DNA of 32,000 nt from Candidatus Saccharimonadota bacterium (GCA_016700135.1 CP065004.1:390001-422000), one strand, 5' to 3'; positions 1 to 9,259 are shown, numbered from the stretch's first letter. Translations and numbers: made by a program. The notes: generated from the letters alone by a model not told the origin.

Positions 1-1
1 A

Positions 2-220
2 GGTGTCGGACCTTTTTATACACCGACACTGAATCGCGGCATCAAAGAACTAAATGCCGGTCATGTTTTCGGGATGCTCGCTGCATTGGGAATGCAGGAA
101 GGAAAAGGACTTGGTATTCAAAGAGGTCCTACCTTCAACTATCATGTAAGCGGAGTTATGGATCAGTTTGAAGGGAATTTCGAACAACTCAGCCGGGAGT
201 TTGCGGGGTTATTTCCCTGA
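2..220 (+). CDS. 3' end of an unidentified CDS (start lies upstream of the window)
   Basis: The frame is open from position 2 to TGA at 218-220 (...FEGNFEQLSREFAGLFP*). It is absent from the ORF track because there is no in-window Met. No family recognised. Confidence 0.3.
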   Translation, partial: GVGPFYTPTLNRGIKELNAGHVFGMLAALGMQEGKGLGIQRGPTFNYHVSGVMDQFEGNFEQLSREFAGLFP

Positions 221-946
221 TTTCGGGCCGAGGGTGAGAGTTCCCCACAAGCCGTTTTGAGAATCGAAAAAATTATCCTGAAGAACCTGATTATCTCCTT
301 GCGTAAACTGAACCTCGACTCCGGAAGAAATCAGTTTTTGCATAATTCCGGTTAAATGATTATCGGAAGACTGCATGAGCACCTGGACATATCCGCCCTC
401 TGACAGCCCTTTATAGAATTGCTGCAATACGTATAACTGCTTGGCAGGTGAAGAACTCCGATCAGGCATAGCCCCGACACAATACAGGAGATCATAAGAG
501 GGAACTAAATCAGGAACAACATGATAACTATCCTGGTAAAAGTCGATGTGATGATCAGAAAATAATCTACGGCCGGTTGTATTCCATCCCGTACTCTGAT
601 CTGTAATAGTCCAAAGAGAAGCGTTTCGTACATCAATGCCATGCAATTCCGCATCAGGAAGGTAACGCCGGAGATCGGCAAGAGCCAATCCTGCCGCACA
701 ACCGGCATCTACGATTCGGGGAGAAACATTCCTTTGATCAAGGACCTGCAATAACGTATTCGGAGCTCCGTTATGATGAAGAATCCGCTCATACTCAAAC
801 CATCTGCGGCCCCAAAAACTTCCGGGGGTGGCAACCGTTACCGGATCAACACATATCCCGGGCTCTTTCCGCCAGTAATCCCGCTCTGCCTCAAGTTCAG
901 CAATAATCTGAGATGTTTCTTCTGATGTAAAAATTTCACCTGACAT
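209..946 (-). CDS. Class I SAM-dependent methyltransferase-like protein
   Basis: ORF 209..1018 trimmed to the ATG at 946 (MSGEIF...) to remove a 41-nt overlap with the upstream gene. Motif I-like RIVDAGCAAGLALADL is followed by ELHGIDV. Confidence 0.55.
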   Translation of the reverse strand: MSGEIFTSEETSQIIAELEAERDYWRKEPGICVDPVTVATPGSFWGRRWFEYERILHHNGAPNTLLQVLDQRNVSPRIVDAGCAAGLALADLRRYLPDAELHGIDVRNASLWTITDQSTGWNTTGRRLFSDHHIDFYQDSYHVVPDLVPSYDLLYCVGAMPDRSSSPAKQLYVLQQFYKGLSEGGYVQVLMQSSDNHLTGIMQKLISSGVEVQFTQGDNQVLQDNFFDSQNGLWGTLTLGPKSGK

Positions 947-977
947 CCTATTATTATACCATACTATAGGATATGTT

Positions 978-1805
978 TTAGGCAAATCCGTCCTGTTGCC
1001 AAATGTATTGGGCAGCACACCACTTTTGGAGATTTTTCTGATCCTCTCCTACATCATAGTTGTCAAAAACAGATTGCCGGATTTTAATAAAGGCCTCCGT
1101 TATAAGATCTGCATTTTCACTCAGGAAAAAAAACACGGCAGGATACCGCTCTGCCGCCTGCAGAAGTGACGGAATTTGATTCTGTAAAACATTGCTGGCT
1201 GCCCACTGAAGACCGTCTCTAAAATCAGGATTATCAATTTGCTGACTGAGATCGAATGCATTCAGACCGGTGCGAAGATACCCAATCTGTTCAATCACCC
1301 GGAACATCTGCCCCAATCTCGTATCACGGTTTTCTACGACCTCACAAATAACCCGTTCAACACGTTCCGGCAGCTCATCCCCTCCGTTTCCGAACATTTC
1401 ATGAATGATACCCCGTATTGCTGATGATTCATCGTTCTCGACTTCAACCGTCTTGAGATCGAACATCACATCCCCCACAACTGCCTCTCCCCAATCATGA
1501 GAGACTGCTGCAAGAAGAAGATCTTCCTGATCAGGGCGTGAAAGGACGTCTTCACCGTACATATTCTGATACCGAATAAACTGTCGGGCCAGACCGTACG
1601 TTAGCCGCATATGCTCTAGGTTATTTACATCTGCACCGAGTGCATTCCGCCATTCTTCTTCAGAAATACTTGTCGGTCGATACCGTCCGTATCTGACACG
1701 GGGTGCCAATGTCTTTCCGTAGGAAGTTTCTGCAAATAGCCGATGAAGATCGGTAAATTGATATGTCTGATCACTTGTTGCAAATGTTATAGGTATCTCT
1801 GACAT
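978..1805 (-). CDS. HD-domain phosphohydrolase-like protein
   Basis: 275-aa ORF with the HD signature AAVSHDWGEAVVGDV, resembling HD-superfamily nucleotidases/phosphohydrolases. Confidence 0.5.
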   Translation of the reverse strand: MSEIPITFATSDQTYQFTDLHRLFAETSYGKTLAPRVRYGRYRPTSISEEEWRNALGADVNNLEHMRLTYGLARQFIRYQNMYGEDVLSRPDQEDLLLAAVSHDWGEAVVGDVMFDLKTVEVENDESSAIRGIIHEMFGNGGDELPERVERVICEVVENRDTRLGQMFRVIEQIGYLRTGLNAFDLSQQIDNPDFRDGLQWAASNVLQNQIPSLLQAAERYPAVFFFLSENADLITEAFIKIRQSVFDNYDVGEDQKNLQKWCAAQYIWQQDGFA

Positions 1806-1848
1806 GAAGGTATTATAGCAGTTTTACGCTCAAATTAGCTATACCCAT

Positions 1849-1874
1849 AAAAAAACCCTCTCATGAGGGTTTTT
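1849..1874 (-). terminator. Intrinsic terminator hairpin, interpreted as the original ssrA terminator stranded by island insertion
   Basis: A7-CCCTC-TCAT-GAGGG-T5. Read on the minus strand it follows TCCACCA (1883..1877) directly and ends in a T7 run. No minus-strand gene currently reads into it. Confidence 0.6.
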
Positions 1875-1878
1875 GTTG

Positions 1879-1883
1879 GTGGA
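1879..1883. other. attL crossover core GTGGA (island left junction)
   Basis: This 5-bp GTGGA is the only identity shared with the right junction at 12982..12986. Host side: ...GGGTTTTTGTTG. Island side: CACCGTCTCC... Confidence 0.55.
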
Positions 1884-2033
1884 CACCGTCTCCGAGAGTT
1901 GGAACGATGTGTATGATTATGTGAATGAGTGGGGAAATAGGATACAAGCATTTACATAGGAGACTATCACCACAAGAAAGAAGAGCCTTCTATACTCACA
2001 TTAAGATATATAAATCTATTTATCTTTAGGGTA

Positions 2034-2039
2034 TATAAT
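2034..2039 (+). promoter_or_regulatory. Possible -10 box (TATAAT) for the SIR2-like gene, implying a leaderless or near-leaderless mRNA
   Basis: A perfect TATAAT ends 8 nt before the ATG at 2048, with no Shine-Dalgarno in between. I found no convincing -35. Confidence 0.25.
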
Positions 2040-2047
2040 AGTGCCAT

Positions 2048-3079
2048 ATGAGAGTATTAGTTGTCATAGGAGCAGGAGCATCATATGATGCATGGCCAAA
2101 ACATGTATACAATTATAATGGTCAGCGTTTACCTTTAGCAAACGAGTTGTTTGCTCCACTTGCAATTCAGAATCATTATTTACAGCAGTATAATTTAATG
2201 GGATTGGCAGCAAAATTAAGATTATTAGCAGATTCCAAAAAACACGATTTTGATATTGAAAAAGAATTAGCTGAAATTTTCGATACTGCAAAAGAAAGAA
2301 ATGATCCAAACGACCTTCAAAATCTATTTAAAGCTCGATTCTATATACATTCATTAATTCTCGCTCTTACACAAGAAACATTAAAACGCACAAATGGACA
2401 CACAAACTATGTCACTCTTTTATATAAGTTGAAAGACTGGATAAATGAATATCCTTCCGATCGTTTCGTCGATATTGTGGTTTTTAACTATGACTCACTT
2501 ATTGAACATGCTATGACTAATGTTTATGGGTATGATTGGTTCCATAAAACAAGTGATCAGCCACTAACTGCATATTACAGAGGAAATAACCTTAGGATAT
2601 ATAAACCGCATGGTTCTATTAATTGGGGAAACGAAATCCATAAATCTGAAAAGCCCTATATTTATTGGAATCAAGAAGAGGTGTTTCAAAGCTTCATTGA
2701 TATTAAACCACTCTCTTCAATTTGTGTTATTGACCCGGCTAACATTTCAAGACGTATCCAAAAAAGTTATATTCCGGCAATTGCAATTCCTTACAAAAAT
2801 AAACAGCATTTTGATGAATGCCCTAATGAAATGAAAGAAGAAATGATAGAGGCAACATTAAAAGCAAATAAACTGATCACAATTGGATGGAAAGGAAGTG
2901 ATGAGAATTATACCTCAATTCTTAAAAAGAACTCTCACTTGACTGACATCTACGTAGTAAGTCCTAACGCAAATACAAATCTCGATGAAATATTCCCAAG
3001 TATCATCAGACCAATTAAATCATCCTTTAGAGATTTTATAAATAAAACACAACAGCTGGAAGAAATACTTACATCTTGA
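2048..3079 (+). CDS. SIR2-like (SIR2_2 family) NAD-binding protein, stand-alone and short
   Basis: N-terminal VVIGAGASYDAW (Rossmann GAGxS), VVFNYDSLIEHA (TNYDxLxE-like), IYKPHGSINW (catalytic-His motif) and ITIGWKGSDEN. 343 aa with no recognisable sensor domain. Confidence 0.65.
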   Translation: MRVLVVIGAGASYDAWPKHVYNYNGQRLPLANELFAPLAIQNHYLQQYNLMGLAAKLRLLADSKKHDFDIEKELAEIFDTAKERNDPNDLQNLFKARFYIHSLILALTQETLKRTNGHTNYVTLLYKLKDWINEYPSDRFVDIVVFNYDSLIEHAMTNVYGYDWFHKTSDQPLTAYYRGNNLRIYKPHGSINWGNEIHKSEKPYIYWNQEEVFQSFIDIKPLSSICVIDPANISRRIQKSYIPAIAIPYKNKQHFDECPNEMKEEMIEATLKANKLITIGWKGSDENYTSILKKNSHLTDIYVVSPNANTNLDEIFPSIIRPIKSSFRDFINKTQQLEEILTS

Positions 3080-3670
3080 TAAAGATTGCAATATTTGAAA
3101 CCTCATACGGTATCATAATTAAACTTCAATATCTTGCTCAGAAACACTAACTCTGTTATCGATGACTACTTTGAACTGATTTGTTGATAATATCTCATTA
3201 CGTAAAGTGCCTTGTCCGCTTTCATCTATTATTGACAGTAAAAAAGAATATGGTTGCACCTCATTTTGCGAATCTGGATGAAAGCTTGAAAAGTATAATC
3301 TGTTAAGTATCTCAATAATTGGACTATGAAGCTGTTTTGTTTTTATAAAATGCACTACATTGAAATTTCTATGTTTATAGCTATGCCAATCCCCTTTATT
3401 TGGCGAGATATAATCTAATTTTTTTTCACAACTTCATTGTCTTTATTGAATTCTGGGATTATTGATCTTACATTTGAAGTTACTTGTGTAAGATTATATA
3501 CACTGGGGTAGTTTTTATTAACAATAGGATTATATACACTGGTAAAGACAAATTTAAGCGGTTTACCTATTAAAGAAGTAGGTAAAGTAAAAGAAAATCT
3601 GTGAGCTTTATTAGTGTTTGTCAACAGATCTGAATACATAATACGGACTTCATCAGGTGATGAATAAAAT

Positions 3671-3686
3671 AGGCTCTAGACTAGCA
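3671..3686. repeat. IS terminal inverted repeat (left), AGGCTCTAGACTAGCA
   Basis: Exact reverse complement of 4372..4387. Confidence 0.85.
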
Positions 3687-4350
3687 CATTAACAATTTGT
3701 AATAGTTCATTGTAAAGGATCGATGGGGATTTGCTCCATCTCCATTCACACTCTTTCAAGTGTAATGGAAAGTTTTTCTTTACACCATTGAACTTAACGA
3801 GACGTCTTTTACAAAAGGACCAGAATGACTCTATGCCATTGATATGGACCCCTTTTGTATTTGAGAACTCATTTTTCTTGTGATTGATTCTCAAATGTTT
3901 GTCATACCCGACATCAACAAGTCCGTTGTATCCGCTCCACGAATCTGAATATACAGTACTGTTCAAGTCAATCTTTCCCTTCATAACAGCATGTAGCGTT
4001 CTTCTTTTACAGTTTGGAATGATACGAGTAAATACACGTCCTTGACGCTCATATATCCCAAATACTACCTGCTTAAATGACGTCCCACGACCTCTTTTAC
4101 TTGACTTGCCTCTCATCCTTCGAGGTCCAAAGTATGATTCATCAATTTCTATCTCACCACCAACATATCGTTGCATCTGGTGCACTTGGTGATGATATAT
4201 GAGTTGACGAATATTATTGTAATATTTGTTGACTGTATTGCGGTTGAGACCCAAAATACCAGAGGTCTGTGTAGCACTCAGATCGTGTGCAAAACACCAT
4301 AGTATCTTTTTTCTCTTGTATTTTGATATCGGCCTATTGTTACAAACCAT
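3676..4350 (-). CDS. IS1595-family (ISXO2-like DDE) transposase
   Basis: 224 aa. N-terminal HTH (SATQTSGILGLNRNTVNKYYNNI) and DDE-region motifs IEIDESYFG, VYSDSWSGY, HINGIESFWSFCKRRL. Confidence 0.8.
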   Translation of the reverse strand: MVCNNRPISKYKRKKILWCFAHDLSATQTSGILGLNRNTVNKYYNNIRQLIYHHQVHQMQRYVGGEIEIDESYFGPRRMRGKSSKRGRGTSFKQVVFGIYERQGRVFTRIIPNCKRRTLHAVMKGKIDLNSTVYSDSWSGYNGLVDVGYDKHLRINHKKNEFSNTKGVHINGIESFWSFCKRRLVKFNGVKKNFPLHLKECEWRWSKSPSILYNELLQIVNVLV

Positions 4351-4371
4351 ACCTCTAGTTTAGCACTACTC

Positions 4372-4387
4372 TGCTAGTCTAGAGCCT
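4372..4387. repeat. IS terminal inverted repeat (right), TGCTAGTCTAGAGCCT
   Basis: Exact reverse complement of 3671..3686. It supplies 2 nt of the premature TAG (4386..4388) of the truncated protease ORF. Confidence 0.85.
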
Positions 4388-6187
4388 AAAATATTCTCTT
4401 ATAGTCTGGTTGTCCAAAACCATAGGCTTGAGACACCTCTTTTTCTTTTATCTCCACTTGTTCCTTAAGACCTGTGGAGTGAATTAGCATAGCTTTAACT
4501 AAATTAGCTCTATTGCCTTTTAAAACGATATCATCTCCTATATTGGCGTTTTTAATCATATCTACAAGGTAGACGCTCTCTCTTGTGATTAATGGAGCAC
4601 TTGCACTAGTTCCTCTATCTGTAGCTAGACCTTGCATATTGATGCCACCAACACCAACTTTGTTGTTTGAGGCAAGAATAGCATCACGGTCATTAATATC
4701 TTTACCAGGAATATTGAGAACATTTCCTCCATGCGCTACTAGCTCTGGTTTCCTCCATTCAAAGTGCACAGGCCCCTTTCGTGTAAAAGGGGAAGGATAA
4801 CCCTGTTCTGTACATATGCAATCTTTACTTACTTTAAGAGCAATTGATCCAACAGTTATTATATTTAAACCATCCGCCGGAGCTTTTACTTTAGTATCGA
4901 AGCCCTTATTACTAAAAATATCTTCATAATCCTTGTTTATACCTCCAAAAAAGTCATGATTACCAGTACTATTTATAAATATAATATCGTACTTCCGACA
5001 TAAAATATCTAAAAATTCTGTCAATTCAGATATATCTTCATCTTTCTGCCTACTATTAACAGAGAAATTAAACACTGAAATAACTTTCTTATACTTTCTA
5101 AATATTGATTCAATTTCTTTTTTAAATGATTCATAGTCTAGTTCCGGCTCTCCATTCTCATCAAAAAGAAATTGAAAATCCATAAAATAAGCACAAGGCT
5201 GCAGTTGGTTGGTCTTTTCGAATTTTTCAAATATATCGTCACCAAATAAAGCTCTACTTGTGACAAAAGTACCATGATCATAATTCGCCTTCTTTTTGCC
5301 AATATATTTTTCCGTATTACTTTTTTTATAGAAATTTAGCAGATCATGATTTACACCACTATCGAGGATTCCAATAATTTCATTTGTTTCTGGAGGTAAC
5401 AAGCGAACATCATTTAGGTCACCCGAAGGAATACATCTAGATGCTTTAAAAGAAGGATAAATCAAAATCTTTTTTATGAAAGAACAATTTGAGAGTATTT
5501 CTTCAATTTCACTTATCGTTAAGTAAGCAATATAAGAAAGATTATGAAAAAGCATCTCAATATCCCTCTTAACAAGTTTGTTAGGAACGAACTGGGAAAT
5601 TAATCCGAAATAATGCTCGTATTTAGATCGAGGAATATTTGAATATAATTCAACAATGCATTTAATTTCTCCATGGTAATTCTTATGCTTTAGCTCTTCA
5701 ATATCTTTATCTACTCTATCAAGAGTTAGACTGCAATCAGCAATATCTGTTATCGCAAAAACTTCTCTATATATATTTTTTTCTTTTCGCTTAATATTTT
5801 CTCCAAACTTTGCTTTCGTAAATGTAGCTGTAGAAGCATAGTATTCCAAGATTTCAAGATCTTGTTTTTTCCCACTAGCCATTAATTTATTTATCTTGGG
5901 AGCTCCAACTAAATCAATATCTGCCTCTAACCAAACTCTACTTGGAGTAGCTGTTTTTGAACGAGATCTTTCGTCTAGATTTACTTCGATATAATAATTC
6001 TCTTCAAATGGGATTTTTTTTTCTAGTATTTTATTCACTGTCTCCTTTACGTGTGAAACTCTCTTAAAAAACAATTCTTCATCTGAAAATTTTTCCCACA
6101 TACCCTTCCAGAAATCAGCACCTTTTGGTTTGTAGTTTACCCTTTCTGCCCTTTTCGCCGGCACTAGTATATTAATATTCATAGTTA

Positions 6188-7285
6188 TTACAAATTATCT
6201 CTTAATGTAGTATAAGGAATATCCGATATTGATGATATCTCAGATAAAGTCATACCATGTTGCCTAAGTATTTTGCATAGTGAATAGTACTTTTTTTTAG
6301 GTATTTTATTTTGGCTGTTCGCATAGTTCGACATTAATAATATGACTTGAATAGCATCAACAGATCTAATTGTTGACTTGCCAGAAAGAACAACTCTCTT
6401 TTTAATGTCGACGCAAATATCTTTTATTGCGGATCCATTTAAACCCTCTGAAAGCTTACTAATAAGTGATAAATCGATATCGCTTTTAAAACCTTCAAGG
6501 TAGTGTTTAAAAAGCAGTTTTCTAAGTTCTTCTGATGGATTGTCAAATTGAACCTTTATGGTAAAACGCCTCCATATTGCTTTATCTAGAATAGATTCAT
6601 GGTTTGTTGCTCCAATTAATATCGAATTATTAGGAAAATTATCAATATTTTGTAGTAAAACAGTAACAACTCTTTTTAGTTCTCCGAGTTCTCTTTCATC
6701 GTCTCTGTTTTTTGCTATTGTATCGATTTCATCAAGTAAGATAACCACATTTTCTTTCTCTGCTATATGAAATATTTCTCTTATGTTCTTCCCAGTTTTA
6801 CCTAGATATGATGAAATAACTTCATCTAGCCTTACTAAAATTAAGGGCATATTAAGCTTATAAGCAAGTGCATAGGCCAGCATAGTCTTGCCAGTACCTG
6901 GAGGCCCGTATAAAAGTAGCTTGTTAGTGGGATATATGTTGTGCCTAGCTAGCATTTCGTATTTTTCCCATTCAGATAACAACCTACTAATTGTTTCTTG
7001 TGCGAACTTGTTCAGTACTACTGATTCTAAAGGAATATTTGAAATGACTCTTTGATATAAAGGAGATAATTCTGTCTGAAAACTATTAGCAAAACTATTA
7101 GTTTGAGCAATATACTTCTGTTTATTTGGGAGCAGTTTAAGTAATTCCTTTAATCTTTTTACCTTATGATGGTTACCTCGTTTTTTACTTTCTACAATCT
7201 CTTTATCCAGAACATCAATTAATGGTATATTGTTCCCTTCTATATATGATCTTATTGCTGCTTCTACGATTTTAATATTTGCCAT
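6188..7285 (-). CDS. ietA: IetA-like classic AAA+ ATPase with an HTH-like C-terminal tail
   Basis: Walker A LLLYGPPGTGKTML, Walker B VVILLDEIDTIA, sensor-1 LIGATNH, RRF arginine. The stop lies 5 nt upstream of the S8 peptidase start (operon). The tail MTLSEISSISDIPYTTLRDNL looks like an HTH. Confidence 0.75.
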   Translation of the reverse strand: MANIKIVEAAIRSYIEGNNIPLIDVLDKEIVESKKRGNHHKVKRLKELLKLLPNKQKYIAQTNSFANSFQTELSPLYQRVISNIPLESVVLNKFAQETISRLLSEWEKYEMLARHNIYPTNKLLLYGPPGTGKTMLAYALAYKLNMPLILVRLDEVISSYLGKTGKNIREIFHIAEKENVVILLDEIDTIAKNRDDERELGELKRVVTVLLQNIDNFPNNSILIGATNHESILDKAIWRRFTIKVQFDNPSEELRKLLFKHYLEGFKSDIDLSLISKLSEGLNGSAIKDICVDIKKRVVLSGKSTIRSVDAIQVILLMSNYANSQNKIPKKKYYSLCKILRQHGMTLSEISSISDIPYTTLRDNL

Positions 7286-7453
7286 ATTTTCGTAATTTTA
7301 CAAAATGCTTCTACAATAGGTTGTATTAAGGATATATTGCGATTTTTTATATTCACAAACTATCCGTAAAACTATTGTACACTATTAATTATGAAGGTTT
7401 TGTTATAAATATATATGTAGGAATTAACTCATTACATAAAGATATTATAAATT

Positions 7454-8005
7454 ATGACCAACTTAAAGCACAAAAAGATCCTGCAGAAAATGATGGAAAA
7501 TGGTGGAATTTCAGTATCACAAGCTATGCGAGACGTAGGGTATAGCAAAGCGTATGCAAAGAATCCACAAAAAGTAATGAAGACACGATCTTTCCAAGCA
7601 TTGGTAGAAAAAGCTTTTCCGGTAAATATAATACTACGTCTTCATAAGGAGCTCCTAGAAAAGAAAACTATTCAACATATCGATTTCCCTGATTCTCTGA
7701 ATGATTCTAGAATTAAGTCTATACTTAAAAAATGTAACAGCTATGAGCTATGTGAAATCGTCCAAATTAAGAGCCAGAATATAAAAAGGGCATACTACTT
7801 AGAAAGAGATACAAAGACAGCTATTTGGGCAATTCACACCTATCACAAGCTTAAAGGGAATTACTTTCAGCAAAAGATAGAAAAAACATCACCACTAGCC
7901 GATACATCTCTAGAAGAACTAAGAGCTATGACAGAAGAAATAAATAAAATTGAAACAAGGTATCTTCAATACAGAGCTTCCGTAAAGAGTAGGAAAATAA
8001 ACTAA
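7454..8005 (+). CDS. Phage terminase small subunit-like (Terminase_2-like) HTH protein
   Basis: The N-terminus ISVSQAMRDVGYSKAYAKNPQKVMK resembles the TerS HTH (AGYSxxxA...). The later block TAIWAIHTYHKLKGNYF resembles the conserved ALELLGKHLGxF block. Called by eye only. Confidence 0.45.
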   Translation: MTNLKHKKILQKMMENGGISVSQAMRDVGYSKAYAKNPQKVMKTRSFQALVEKAFPVNIILRLHKELLEKKTIQHIDFPDSLNDSRIKSILKKCNSYELCEIVQIKSQNIKRAYYLERDTKTAIWAIHTYHKLKGNYFQQKIEKTSPLADTSLEELRAMTEEINKIETRYLQYRASVKSRKIN

Positions 8006-8006
8006 T

Positions 8007-8489
8007 TTACCGGAACAAAATAATGATGGCGATTATTAAGACCGTAATAAAAGACAAAGCTATAAATAAACCCTGTAGGATTAAAAAAAGATTTCCAGAG
8101 CTATCCTTTGTCTTTCCTAACTTTTTCTCTTCATCTTGAAGCTCTTTAATATCGTCAACACTTTTTGACCATATTCCCGTTCTTTTGCTCTCGTCTTTGA
8201 GAAGATATACGTAATATTTTATATTGATCACAATCTGAATAACGCCAAAAATTATTGAAAGAAGTAAAAAAAACCATGTAAAGAGTAGAATTATTCTGAT
8301 CTCTGTTGTGATTAAATCTTTTCGTAGGATAGCAAATGAGGCGGTAATCGGAAAAATTATGGTCGCAAAATATAGTAACTGTCTTGTTAGTTCAAGCTCT
8401 TGTTCATTCGCGAGAGTATTCCAATGTAAGGCAGCATTATGATGCACATCTTTATTCCTTTGTCTGATTATTTCATCATCTTTATTCAT
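8007..8489 (-). CDS. Multi-pass membrane protein, unknown function
   Basis: ORF 8007..8507 begins with TTG, so it is trimmed to the ATG at 8489 (MNKDDEII...). It has three to four hydrophobic helices (FATIIFPITASFAIL, IILLFTWFFLLLSIIFGVIQIV, LFLILQGLFIALSFITVLIIAIIILF). Confidence 0.5.
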   Translation of the reverse strand: MNKDDEIIRQRNKDVHHNAALHWNTLANEQELELTRQLLYFATIIFPITASFAILRKDLITTEIRIILLFTWFFLLLSIIFGVIQIVINIKYYVYLLKDESKRTGIWSKSVDDIKELQDEEKKLGKTKDSSGNLFLILQGLFIALSFITVLIIAIIILFR

Positions 8490-8601
8490 CTTCTCTACTT
8501 GAATCAACTTCGTCTGAAGGAGCTTCTACGTTATATCCATTTTCAATGTAATCATTACCTTGTTTATCTATACTGGTTTGATTTGAACTTTCATCTGACA
8601 T
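8482..8601 (-). CDS. Possible 39-aa acidic peptide, translationally coupled to the downstream membrane protein
   Basis: Hand-translated as MSDESSNQTSIDKQGNDYIENGYNVEAPSDEVDSSREDE*. Its stop overlaps the ATG at 8489 (ATGAATAA). Below the ORF-track size cut-off. Confidence 0.25.
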   Translation of the reverse strand: MSDESSNQTSIDKQGNDYIENGYNVEAPSDEVDSSREDE

Positions 8602-8634
8602 AATGCACTATTATATCAATAATTAAAACAGATA

Positions 8635-9048
8635 CTATAATATTGAGCGTATTCCACTAATCATCTGATTTACATGTGTTACTACCTTCTCAGAAAACCT
8701 ATCTAAATCAGATAGATCCTTCTGAACGACTCTCGTGACACCTCTCTCTTTTGCTGCTTCGTTATACTCCTCTACCGTAGAGATAGCAATTACTTTCTCT
8801 GATCCAAATCTTTCAATATCTAATATGTGAAAAGAGCCTTCCAATTTGCAGTCTCTATCCAGAATAATAATGTCAAATTCTGCATTTGGATTATTGTTCA
8901 CAAAATTTGAGACCTGTTCATGATTGGTAAGTATCATAAGAGAGAAAGAGTAGGGCTGGTCATGTTCCAAGACGAAAAGCTTATCCAGAAGCCGAGAGAG
9001 CACTTTCAGATTATCTTCTAGAATAAGTATATTCTTGTTTAGAATCAT
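8635..9048 (-). CDS. Stand-alone receiver (REC/CheY-like) domain protein
   Basis: 137 aa. ILILEDN acidic pocket, FDIIILDRD (phospho-acceptor Asp position), AISTV (conserved S/T), VVQKD (conserved Lys). No output domain. Confidence 0.55.
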   Translation of the reverse strand: MILNKNILILEDNLKVLSRLLDKLFVLEHDQPYSFSLMILTNHEQVSNFVNNNPNAEFDIIILDRDCKLEGSFHILDIERFGSEKVIAISTVEEYNEAAKERGVTRVVQKDLSDLDRFSEKVVTHVNQMISGIRSIL

Positions 9049-9063
9049 AGTTTAGTTATTCTA

Positions 9064-9252
9064 TCATGAGTGATGTTCCAGATCACTTTCAAGCATCTGC
9101 ATTGCAGTTACAATATCACTCTCATAAGCTTTATTTGCAAGGCTCTCTAGTTGATCTTCAAGCGTTTTAATATCCGTAGTTGCCCATTTATACAGGATGG
9201 GGAAATTCTTTTTATCTATTTTATGACCGAATACGAAAATTTCTTCATTCAT
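9064..9252 (-). CDS. Hypothetical small protein
   Basis: 62-aa ORF packed between the operon neighbours (gaps of 7 and 15 nt). No family recognised. Confidence 0.35.
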   Translation of the reverse strand: MNEEIFVFGHKIDKKNFPILYKWATTDIKTLEDQLESLANKAYESDIVTAMQMLESDLEHHS

Positions 9253-9259
9253 AAAGAAA

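Larger units (their letters stand above)
3671..4387 (-). mobile_element. IS1595-family insertion sequence (IS1016-size, 717 bp)
   Basis: Perfect 16-bp terminal inverted repeats, a single transposase ORF, and a flanking 5-bp direct repeat AAAAT (3666..3670 and 4388..4392). Confidence 0.8.
3119..6182 (-). pseudogene. ietS: IetS-like S8 (subtilisin-family) serine peptidase, disrupted by an IS insertion and a homopolymer frameshift
   Basis: Three collinear blocks. Block 4386..6182 (598 aa) carries the triad: D in GILDSGV, H in YDHGTFVTS, S in DRGTSASAPL. The other blocks are 3415..3670 and 3119..3433. Removing 3671..4387 plus one AAAAT copy joins ...GQPDYKRIF to YSSPDEVRIMYSDLL in frame. Adding one A to the A8 run (3419..3426) joins ...NEVVKK to LDYISPNKGDWHSY... 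Confidence 0.7.

Noticed and set aside
3663-4395. An 8-bp target-site duplication, as expected for IS1595-family elements
   Set aside because: Only AAAAT (5 bp) is identical on both sides (AATAAAAT versus AAAATATT). I report 5 bp, supported by the in-frame repair, but the true TSD length stays open.
4585-6770. Plus-strand ORFs 4585..4800 and 6558..6770
   Set aside because: They are antisense shadows inside the S8 peptidase and AAA+ ATPase genes.
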